64,000 nucleotides of DNA, from NCBI GenBank assembly GCA_964016885.1, contig OZ024743.1, forward strand, positions 209,560,001 to 209,624,000, given 5' to 3'. Under the pieces are notes generated by a model. That model saw nothing but the letters and a program-made list of their open reading frames with translations, had not been told where the DNA came from and ran no database searches. Position numbers and translations under genes: made by a program. Of the stretch, positions 30,301 to 43,500 are shown piece by piece. Numbering within the stretch: the first letter of the stretch is position 1; each line of letters starts with the position of its first letter. This DNA comes from Eledone cirrhosa. Taxonomy: Eukaryota.

Positions 30301-32960
30301 GATATACCACAGTTTACAATCCTATAGCCACAGATGAAAGCTCTTCACTCCATAAGATATACCACAGTTTACCATCCTATGGCCACAGATGAAAGCTCTT
30401 CACTCCATAAGATATACCACAGTTTACCATCCTATAGCCACAGATGAAAGCTCTTCACTCCATAAGATATACCACAGTTTACAATCCTATAGCCACACAT
30501 GAAAGCTCTTCACTCCATAAAATATACCACAGTTTACCATCCTGTAGCCACAGATGAAAGCTCTTCACTCCATAAGATATACCACTGTTTACCATCCTAT
30601 GGCCACACATGAAAGCTCTTCACTCCATAAGATATACCACAGTTTACCATCTTATAGGCACACATGAAAGCTCTTCACTCCATAAGATATACCACAGTTT
30701 ACGATCCTATAGCCACACATGAAAGCTCTTCACTCCATAAAATATACCACAGTTTACCATCCTATAGCCACACATGAAAGCTCTTCACTCCATAAGATAT
30801 AGCACAGTTTACCATCCTATAGCCACAGATGAAAGCTCTTCACTCCATAAGATATACCACAGTTTACCATCCTATAGCCACACTACGGATGAAAGCTCTT
30901 CACTCCATAAGATATACCACAGTTTACCATCCTATGGCCACAGATGAAAGCTCTTCACTCCATAAGATATACCACAGTTTACCATCCTATAGCCACAGAT
31001 GAAAGCTCTTCACTCCAAAAGATATACCACAGTTTACAATCCTATAGCCACACATGAAAGCTCTTCACTCCATAAGATATACCACAGTTAACCATCCTAT
31101 AGCCACACATGAAAGCTCTTCACTCCATAAGATATACCACAGTTTACCATCCTATAGCCACACATGAAAGCTCTTCACTCCATAAGATATACCACAGTTT
31201 ACAATCCTATAGCCACACATGAAAGCTCTTCACTCCATAAGATATACCACAGTTTACCATCCTATTGCCACACATGAAAGCTCTTCACTCCATAAGATAT
31301 AGCACAGTTTACCATCCTATAGGCACACATCAAAGCTCTTCACTCCATAAGATATACCACAGTTTACCATCCTATAGCCACACATGAAAGCTCTTCACAC
31401 CATAAGATATACCACAGTTTACCATCCTATAGCCAGATGAATGCTCTTCACTCCATAAGATATACGACAGTTTACCATCTAATAGCCACACATGAAATCT
31501 CTTCACTCCATAAGATATACCTCAGTTTACCATCCTATAGCCACAGATGAAATCTCTTCACTCCGTAAAATATACCACAGTTTACTATCCTATAGCCACA
31601 CATGAAAGCTCTTCACTCCATAAGACATACCACAGTTTACCATCCTATAGCCACACATGAGAGCTCTTCACTCCATAAGATATACCACAGTTTACCAACC
31701 TACAGCCACACATGAAAGCTCTTCACTCCATAAGATATACCACAGTTTACCATCCTATAGCCACACATGAATGCTCTTCACTCCATAAAATATACCACAG
31801 TTTACCATCCTATAGCCACACATGAGAGCTCTTCACTCCATAAGATATACAACAGTTTACCATCCTATAGCCATACATGAAAGCTCTTCACTCCATAAGA
31901 TATACCACTGTTTACCATTCTATAGCCACACATGAGAGCTCTTCACTCCATAAGATATACATCAGTTCACCATCCTATAGCCACACATGAGAGCTCTTCA
32001 CTCCATAAGATATACCACAGTTTACCATGCTATGGCCACACATGAAAGCTCTTTACTCCATAAGATATACCACTGTTTACCATCCTATGGCCACACATGA
32101 AAGCTCTTCACTCCATAAGATATACCACAGTTTACAATCCTATGGCCACACATGAAAGCTCTACACTCCATAATATATTCCACAGTTTACCATCCTATAG
32201 CCACACATGAGAGCTCTTCACTCCGCAAGATATACCACTGATTACCATCCTATGGCCACACATGAAAGCTCTTCACTCCATAAGATATACCACAGTTTAC
32301 CATCCTATAGCCACACATGAAAGCTCTTCACTCCATAAAATATACCACAGTTTACCATCCTATAGCCACGCCACGGATGAAAGCTCTTCACTCCATAAGA
32401 TATACCACAGTTTACAATCCTATAGACACAGATGAAAGCTCTTCACTCCATAAGATATACCACAGTTTACCATTCTATGGCCACAGATGAAAGCTCTTCA
32501 CTCCATAAGATATACCACAGTTTACCATCCTATAGCCACAGATGAAAGCTCTTCACTCCATAAGATATACCACAGTTTACAATCCTATAGCCACACATGA
32601 AAGCTCTTCACTCCATAAAATATACCACAGTTTACCATCCTGTAGCCACAGATGAAAGCTCTTCACTCCATAAGATATACCACAATTTACCACCCTATGG
32701 CCACAGATGAAAGCTCTTCACTCCATGAGATATACCACAGTTTACCATCCTATAGCCACGCAACGGATGAAAGCTCTTCACTCCATAAGATATACCACAG
32801 TTTACAATCCTATAGCCACAGATGAAAGCTCTTCACTCCATAAGATATACCACAGTTTACCATCCTATGGTGACAGATGAAAGCTCTTCACTCCATAAGA
32901 TATACCACAGTTTACCATCCTATGGCCACAGATGAAAGCTCTTCACTCCATAAGATATAC
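18370..32960 (+). repeat. Mosaic higher-order repeat zone of shuffled 0.4-2 kb blocks
   Basis: Markers recur at varying offsets: TCCGCAAGA at 20218, 24097, 27301, 30124 and 32222; CACACTACGG at 23302, 26068, 29109 and 30879; GCTACGCCACGG at 21084, 22465, 25291 and 27889. Offsets include 2826, 2823, 2098 and 1770. Confidence 0.85.
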
Positions 32961-32964
32961 CAAA

Positions 32965-35620
32965 GTTTACCACCCTATGGCCACAGATGAAAGCTCTTCA
33001 CTCCATAAGATATACCACAGTTTACCATCCTATAGCTACGCCACGGATGAAAGCTCTTCACTCCATAAGATATACCACAGTTTACAATCCTATAGCCACA
33101 GATGAAAGCTCTTCACTCCATAAGATATACCACAGTTTACCATCCTATGGCCACAGATGAAAGTTCTTCACTCCATAAGATATACCACAGCTTACCATCC
33201 TATAGCCACAGATGAAAGCTCTTCACTCCATAAGATATACCACAGTTTACAATCCTATAGCCACACATGAAAGCTCTTCACTCCATAAGATATACCACAG
33301 TTAACCATCCTATAGCCACACATGAAAGCTCTTGACTCCATAAGATATACCACAGTTTACCATCCTATAGCCACGCCACGGATGAAAGCTATTCACTCCA
33401 TAAGATATACCACAGTTTACAATCCTATAGCCACAGATGAAAGCTCTTCACTCCATAAGATATACCACAGTTTACCATCCTATTGCCACACATGAAAGCT
33501 CTTCACTCCATAAGATATAGCACAGTTTACCATCCTATAGCCACACATGAAAGCTCTTCACGCCATAAGATATACCACAGTTTACCATCCTATAGCCAGA
33601 TGAATGCTCTTCAGTCCATAAGATATACGACAGTTTACCATCTTATAGCCACACATGAAATCTCTTCACTCCATAAGATATACCTCAGTTTACCATCCTA
33701 TAGCCACAGATGAAAGCTCTTCACTCCATAAGATATACCACAGTTGACCATCCTATAGCCACACATGAAAGCTCTTCACGCCATAAGATATACCTCAGTT
33801 TACCATCCTATAGCCACAGATGAAAGCTCTTCACTCCATAAGATATACCTCAGTTTACCATCCTATAGCCACAGATGAAAGCACTTCACTCCATAAGATA
33901 TACCACAGTTTACCATCATATGGCCAAACATGAAAGTTCTTCACCCCATAAGATATACCACAGTTTACCCTCCTATAGCCAGATGAAAGCTCTTCACACC
34001 GTAAAATATACCACAGTTTACCATCCTATAGCCACACATGAAAGCTCTTCACTCCATAAGATATACCACAGTTTACCATCCTATAGCCACACATGAGAGC
34101 TCTTCACTCCATAAGATATACCACAGTTTACCATCCTATAGCCACACATGAAAGCTCTTCACTCCATAAGATATACCACAGTTTACCATCCTATAGCCAC
34201 ACATGAAAGCTCTTCACTCCATAAAATATACCAGAGTTTACCATCCTATAGCCACACATGAGAGCTCTTCACTCCATAAGATATACCACAGTTTACCACC
34301 CTATGGCCACAGATGAAAGCTCTTCACTCCATAAGATATACCACAGTTTACCATCCTATAGCTACGCCACGGATGAAAGCTCTTCACTCCATAAGATATA
34401 CCACAGTTTACAATCCTATAGCCACAGATGAAAGCTCTTCACTCCATAAGATATACCACAGTTTACCATCCTATGGCAACAGATGAAAGCTCTTCACTCC
34501 ATAAGATATACCACAGCTTACCATCCTATAGCCACAGATGAAAGCTCTTCACTCCATAAGATATACCACAGTTTACAATCCTATAGCCACACATGAAAGC
34601 TCTTCACTCCATAAGATATACCACAGTTAACCATCCTAAAGCCACACATGAAAGCTCTTCACTCCATAAGATATACCACAGTTTACCATCCTATAGCCAC
34701 GCCACGGATGAAAGCTCTTCACTCCATAAGATATACCACAGTTTACAATCCTATAGCCACAGATGAAAGCTCTTCACTCCATAAGATATACCACAGTTTA
34801 CCATCCTATTGCCACACATGAAAGCTCTTCACTCCATAAGATATAGCACAGTTTACCATCCTATAGGCACACATGAAAGCTCTTCACTCCATAAGATATA
34901 CCACAGTTTACCATCCTATAGCCAGATGAATGCTCTTCAGTCCATAAGATATACGACAGTTTACCATCTCATAGCCACACATGAAATCTTTTCACTCCAT
35001 AAGATATACCTCAGTTTACCATCATATAGCCACAGATGAAAGCTCTTCACTCCATAAGATATACCACAGTTTACCATCCTATAGCCACACATGAAAGCTC
35101 TTCACGCCATAAGATATACCTCAGTTTACCATCCTATAGCCACAGATGAAAGCTCTTCACTCCATAAGATATACCTCAGTTTACCATCCTATAGCCACAG
35201 ATGAAAGCTCTTCACTCCATAAGATATACCACAGTTTACCATCATGTGGCCAAACATGAAAGTTCTTCACCCCATAAGATATACCACAGTTTACCCTCCT
35301 ATAGCCAGATGAAAGCTCTTCACACCGTAAAATATACCACAGTTTACCATCCTATAGCCACACATGAAAGCTCTTCACTCCATAAGATATACCACAGTTT
35401 ACCATCCTATAGCCACACATGAGAGCTCTTCACTCCATAAGATATACCACAGTTTACCATCCTATAGCCACACATGAAAGCTCTTCACTCCATAAGATAT
35501 ACCACAGTTTACCATCCTATAGCCACACATGAAAGCTCTTCACTCCATAAAATATACCACAATTTACCATCCTATAGCCACACATGAGAGCTCTTCACTC
35601 CATAAGATATACCACAGTTT
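32965..35620 (+). repeat. Tandem block duplication, period 1326 bp (24 monomers)
   Basis: ORFs pair at 33483/34809 and 33875/35201. Markers GCTACGCCACGG at 33035/34361 and TTAACC at 33301/34627. 24x55 + 2x5 - 2x2 = 1326. Confidence 0.9.
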
Positions 35621-38600
35621 ACCATGCTATGGCCACACATGAGAGCTGTTCACTCCATAAGATATACCACAGTTTACAATCCTATGGCCACACATGAAAG
35701 CTCTTCACTCCATAATATATTCCACAGTTTACCATCCTATAGCCACGCATGAGAGCTCTTCACTCCATAAGATATACCACAGTTTACAATCCTATGGCCA
35801 CACATGAAAGCTCTTCACTCCATAATATATTCCACAGTTTACCATCCTATAGCCACGCATGAGAGCTCTTCACTCCATAAGATATACCACACTTTACAAT
35901 CCTATGGCCACACATGAAAGCTTTTCACTCCATAAGATATACCACAGTTTACCATCCTATAGCCACACAAGAAAGCTCTTCACTCCATAAGATATACCAC
36001 TGTTTACCATCCTATGGCCACACATGAAAGCTCTTCACTCCATAAAATATACCACAGCTTACCAGCCTATAGCCAGATGAAAGCTCTTCACTCCATAAAA
36101 TATACCACAGTTTACCATCCTATAGCCACACATGAAAGCTCTTCACTCCATAAGATATACCACAGTTTAACATCATATAGCCAGATGAAAGTTCTTCACT
36201 CCATAAGATATACCACAGTTTACCACCCTATGGCCACAGATGAAAGCTCTTCACTCCATGAGATATACCACAATTTACCATCCTATAGCCACGCCACGGA
36301 TGAAAGCTCTTCACTCCATAAGATATACCACAGTTTACAATCCTATATCCACAGATGAAAGCTCTTCACTCCATAAGATATACCACAGTTTACCATCCTA
36401 TGGCCACAGATGAAAGCTCTTCACTCCATAAGATATACCACAGTTTACCATCCTATAGCCACGCCACGGATGAAAGCTCTTCACTCCATAAGGTATACCA
36501 CAGTTTACAATCCTATAGCCACAGATGAAAGCCCTTCACTCCATGAGATATACCACAGTTTACCATCCTATAGCCACAGATGAAAGCTCTTCACTCCATA
36601 AGATATACCACAGTTTACCATCATATAGCCACACATGAAAGCTCTTCACTCCATAAGATATACCACAGTTTACCATCCTATAGTCACGCCACGGATGAAA
36701 GCTCTTCACTCCATAAGATATACCACAGTTTACCATCCTATAGTCACACATGAAAGCTATTCACTCCATAAGATATAACACAGTTTACCATCCTATAGCC
36801 AGATGAAAGCTCTTCACTCCATAAGATATACCACAGTTTACCATCCTATAGCCACAGATGAAAGCTCTTCACTCCACAAGATATACCACAGTTTACCATC
36901 CTATAGCCACAGATGAAAGCTCTTCACTCCATAAGATATACCACAGTTTACCATCCTATAGCCACAGATGAAAGCTGTTCACTCCATAAGATATACCACA
37001 GTTTACCATCCTATAACCACACATGAAAGCTCTTCACTCCATAAGATATACCACAGTTTACCATCCTATAGCCACACATGAAAGCTCTTCACTCCATAAG
37101 ATATACCACAGTTTACCATTTTATAGCCACAGATGAAAGCTCTTCACTCCATAAGATATACCACACTTTACCATCCTATAGCCACAGATGAAAGCTCTTC
37201 ACTCCATAAGATATACCACAGTTTACCATCCTATAGCCACAGATAAAAGCTGTTCACTCCATAAGATATACCACAGTTTACCATCCTATAGCCACACATG
37301 AAAGCTCTTCACTCCATAAAATATACCACAGTTTACCATCCTATAGCCACAGATGAAAGCTGTTCACTCCATAAGATATACCACAGTTTACCATCCTATA
37401 GCCACACATGAAAGCTCTTCACGCCATAAGATATACCTCAGTTTACCATTCTATAGCCACAGATGAAAGCTCTTCACTCCATAAGATATACCACAGTTTA
37501 CCATCCTATAGCCACACATGAGAGCTCTTCACTCCATAAGATATACCACAGTTTACCATCATATGGCCAAACATGAAAGCTCTTCACCCCATAAGATATA
37601 CCACAGTTTACCCTCCTATAGCCAGATGAAAGCTCTTCACTCCGTAAAATATACCACAGTTTACCATCCTATAGCCACACATGAAAGCTCTTCACTCCAT
37701 AAGATATACCACAGTTTACCATCCTATAGCCACACATGAGAGCTCTTCACTTCATAAGATATACCACAGTTCACCATCCTATAGCCACACATGAAAGCTC
37801 TTCACTCCATAAGATATACCACAGTTTACCATCCTATAGCCACACATGAAAGCTCTTCACTCCATAAAATATACCACAGTTTACCATCCTATAGCCACAC
37901 ATGAGAGCTCTTCACTCCATAAGATATACCACAGTTTACCATCCTATAGCCATTCATGAAAGCTCTTCACTCCATAAGATATAGCACTGTTTACCATCCT
38001 ATAGCCACACATGAGAGCTCTTCACTCCATAAGATATACCACAGTTTACCATACTATAGCCACACATGAGAGCTCTTCACTCCATTAGATATACCACAGT
38101 TTACCATGCTATGGCCACACATGAGAGCTCTTCACTCCATAAGATATACCACAGTTTACCATCCTATAGCCATTCATGAAAGCTCTTCACTCCATAAGAT
38201 ATACCACTGTTTACCATCCTATGGCCACACATGAAAGCTTTTCACTCCATAAGATATACCACAGTTTACCATGCTATGGCCACACATGAGAGCTCTTCAC
38301 TCCATAAGATATACCACAGTTTACACTCCTATGGCCACACATGAAAGCTCTTCACTCCATAATATATTCCACAGTTTACCATCCTATAGCCACACATGAG
38401 AGCTCTTCACTCCATAAGATATACCACAGTTTACAATCCTATGGCCACACATGAAAGCTCTTCACTCCATAATATATTCCACAGTTTACCATGCTATAGC
38501 CACACATGAGAGCTCTTCACTCCATAAGATATACCACTCTTTACCATCCTATGGCCACACATGAAAGCTCTTCACTCCATAAGATATACCACTGTTTACC

Positions 38601-40589
38601 ATCCTATGGCCACACATGAAAGCTTTTCACTCCATAAGATATACCACGGTTTACCATCCTATAGCCACACATGAAAGCTCTTCACTCCATAAGATATACC
38701 ACTGTTTACCATCCTATGGCCACACATGAAAGCTCTTCACTCCATAAAATATACCACAGCTTACCATCCTATAGCCAGATGAAAGCTCTTCACTCCATAA
38801 AATATACCACAGTTTACCATCCTATAGCCACACATGAAAGCTCTTCACTCCATAAGATATACCACAATTTTACCATCATATTGCCAGATTAAAGTTCTTC
38901 ACTCCATAAGATATACCACAGTTTACCACCCTATGGCCACAGATGAAAGCTCTTCACTCCATGAGATATACCACAGTTTACCATCCTATAGCCACGCCAC
39001 GGATGAAAGCTCTTCACTCCATAAGATATACCACAGTTTACAATCCTATAGCCACAGATGAAAGCTCTTCACTCCATAAGATATACCACAGTTTACCATC
39101 CTATGGCCACAGATGAAAGCTCTTCACTCCATAAGATATACCACAGTTTACCATCCTCTGGCCACAGATGAAAGCTCTTCACTCCATGAGATATACCACA
39201 GTTTACCACACTATGGCCACAGATGAAAGCTCTTCACTCCATAAGATATACCACAGTTTAGCATCCTATAGCCACGCCACGGATGAAAGCTCTTCACTCC
39301 ATAAGGTATACCACAGTTTACAATCCTATAGCCACAGATGAAAGCCCTTCACTCCATAAGATATACCACAGTTTACCATCCTATAGCCACAGATGAAAGC
39401 TCTTCACTCCATAAGATATACCACAGTTTACCATCATATAGCCACACATGAAAGCTCTTCACTCCATAAGATATACCACAGTTTACCATCCTATAGCCAC
39501 GCCACGGATGAAAGCTCTTCACTCCATAAGATATACCAGTTTCCCATCCTATAGTCACACATGAAAGCTCTTCACTCCATAAGATATAACACAGTTTACC
39601 ATCCTATAGCCAGATGAAAGCTCTTCATTCCATAAGATATACCACAGTTTACCATCCTATAGCCACAGATGAAAGCTCTTCACTCCATAAGATATACCAC
39701 AGTTTACCATCCTATAGCCACAGATGAAAGCTCTTCACTCCATAAGATATACCACGGTTTACCATCCTATAGCCACAGATGAAAGCTGTTCACTCCATAA
39801 GATATACCACAGTTTACCATCCTATAACCACACATGAAAGCTCTTCACTCCATAAGATATACCACAGTTTACCATCCTATAGCCACACATGAAAGCTCTT
39901 CACTCCATAAGATATACCACAGTTTACCATTTTATAGCCACACATGAAAGCTCTTCACTCCATAAGATATACCACAGTTTACCATCCTATAGCTAGATGA
40001 AAGCTCTTCACTCCATAAGATATACCACAGTTTACCATCCTATAGCCACAGATGAAATCTGTTCACTCCATAAGATATACCACAGTTTACCATCCTATAG
40101 CCACAGATGAAAGCTCTTCACTCCATAAGATATACCACATTTTACCATCCTATAGCCACAGATGAAAGCTCTTCACTCCATAAGATATACCACAGTTTAC
40201 CATCCTATAGCCACAGATGAAAGCTGTTCACTCCATAAGATATACCACAGTTTACAATCCTATAGCCACACATGAAAGCTCTTCACTCCATGAGATATAC
40301 CACAGTTTACCATCCTATAGCCAGATGAAAGCTCTTCACTCCATAAGATATACCACAGTTTACCATCCTATAGCCACAGATGAAAGCTGTTCACTCCATA
40401 AGATATACCACAGTTTACCATCCAATAGCCAGATGAAAGCTCTTCACTCCATAAGATATACCACAGTTTACCATCCTATAGCCAGATGAAAGCTCTTCAC
40501 TCCATAAGATATACCACAGTTTACCATCCTATAGCCACAGATGAAAGCTCTTCACTCCATAAGATATACCACAGTTTACCATCCTATAG

Positions 40590-43500
40590 CCACAGATGAA
40601 AGCTGTTCACTCCATAAGATATACCACAGTTTACCATACTATAGCCACACATGAGAGCTCTTCACTCCATTAGATATACCACAGTTTACCATGCTATGGC
40701 CACACATGAGAGCTCTTCACTCCATAAGATATACCACAGTTTACCATCCTATAGCCATTCATGAAAGCTCTTCACTCCATAAGATATACCACTCTTTACC
40801 ATCCTATGGCCACACATGAAAGCTTTTCACTCCATAAGATATACCACAGTTTACCATGCTATGGCTACACATGAGAGCTCTTCACTCCATAAGATATACC
40901 ACAGTTTACACTCCTATGGCCACACATGAAAGCTCTTCACTCCATAATATATTCCACAGTTTACCAACCTATAGTCACACATGAGAGCTCCTCACTCCAT
41001 AAGATATACCACAGTTTACAATCCTATGGCCACACATGAAAGCTCTTCACTCCATAATATATTCCACAGTTTACCATCCTATAGCCAGACATGAGAGCTC
41101 TTCACTCCATAAGATATACCACTGTTTACCATCCTATGGCCACACATGAAAGCTCTTCACTCCATAAGATATACCACTGTTTACCATCCTATGGCCACAC
41201 ATGAAAGCTTTTCACTCCATAAGATATACCACAGTTTACCATCCTATAGCCACACATGAAAGCTCTTCACTCCATAAGATATACCACTGTTTACCATCCT
41301 ATGGCCACACATGAAAGCTCTTCACTCCATAAAATATACCACAGCTTACCATCCTATAGCGAGATGAATGCTCTTCACTCCATAAAATATACCACAGTTT
41401 ACCATCCTATAGCCACACATGAAAGCTCTTCACTCCATAAGATATACCACAGTTTACCATCATATAGCCAGATGAAAGTTCTTCACTCCATAAGATATAC
41501 CACAGTTTACCACCCTATGGCCACAGATGAAAGCTCTTCACTCCATGAGATATACCACAGTTTACCATCCTATAGCCACGCCATGGATGAAAGCTCTTCA
41601 CTCCATAAGATATACCACAGTTTACAATCCTACAGCGACAGATGAAAGCTCTTCACTCCATAAGATATACCACAGTTTACCATCCTATGGCCACAGATGA
41701 AAGCTCTTCACTCCGTAAGATATACCACAGTTTACCATCCTCTGGCCACAGATGAAAGCTCTTCACTCCATAAGATATACCACAGTTTACCACACTATGG
41801 CCACAGATGAAAGCTCTTCACTCCATAAGATATACCACAGTTTACCATCCTATAGCCACGCCACGGATGAAAGCTATTCACTCCATAAGGTATACCACAG
41901 TTTACAATCCTATAGCCACAGATGAAAGCCCTTCACTCCATAAGATATACCACAGTTTACCATCCTATAGCCACGCCACGGATGAAAGCTCTTCACTCCA
42001 TAAGATATACCACAGTTTACCATCCTATAGCCACACATGAAAGCTCTTCACTCCATAAGATATACCACAGTTTACCATCCTATAGCCACAGATGAAAGCT
42101 GTTCACTCCATAAGATATACCACAGTTTACCATCCTATAGCCACACATGAAAGCTCTTCACTCCATAAGATATACCACAGTTTACCATTTTATAGCCACA
42201 CATGAAAGCTCTTCACTCCATAAGATATACCACAGTTTACCATCCTATAGCCAGATGAAAGCTCTTCACTCCATAAGATATACCACAGTTTACCATCCTA
42301 TAGCTACAGATGAAAGCTGTTCACTCCATAAGATATACCACAGTTTACCATCCTATAGCCAGATGAAAGCTCTTCACTCCATAAGATATACCACAGTTTA
42401 CCATCCTATAGCCACAGATGAAAGCTGTTCACTCCATAAGATATACCACAGTTTACCATCCTATAGCCAGATGAAAGCTCTTCACTCCATAAGATATACC
42501 ACAGTTTACCATCCTATAGCCACAGATGAAAGCTCTTCACTCCATAAGATATACCACAGTTTACCATCCTATAGCCACAGATGAAAGTTCTTCACTCCAT
42601 AAGATATACCACAGTTTACCATCCTATAGCCACAGATGAAAACTCTTCACTCCATAAAATATACCACAGTTTACCATCCTATAGCCACAGATTAAAACTC
42701 TTCACTCCATAAGATATACCACAGTTTACCATCCTATAGCCACAGATGAAAGCTCTTCACTCCATGACATATACCACAGTTTACCATCCTATAGCCACGC
42801 CACGGATGAAAGCTCTTCACTCCATAAGATATACCACAGTTTACCATCCTATGGCCACAGATGAAAGCTCTTCACTCCATAAGATATACCACAGTTTACC
42901 ATCCTATAGCCACGCCACGGATGAAAGCTCTTCACTCCATAAGATATACCACAGTTTACAATCCTATAGCCACAGATGAAAGCTCTTCACTCCATAAGAT
43001 ATACCACAGTTTACCATCCTATGGCCACAGATGAAAGCTCTTCACTCCATAAGATATACCACAGTTTACCATCCTATAGCCACAGATGAAAGCTCTTCAC
43101 TCCATAAGATATACCACAGTTTACCATCATATAGCCACACATGAAAGCTCTTCACTCCATAAGATATACCACAGTTTACCATCCTATAGCCACGCCACGG
43201 ATGAAAGCTCTTCACTCCATAAGATATACCACAGTTTACCATCCTATAGTCACAGATGAAAGCACTTCACTCCATAAGATATACCACAGTTTACCATCCT
43301 ATAGCCACAGATGAAAGCTCTTCACTCCATAAGATATACCACAGTTTACCATCCTATAGCCACAGATGAAAGCTCTTCACTCCATAAGATATACCACAGT
43401 TTACCATTTTATAGCCACACATGAAAGCTCTTCACTCCATAAGATATACCACAGTTTACCATCCTATAGCCAGATGAAAGCTCTTCACTCCATAAGATAT

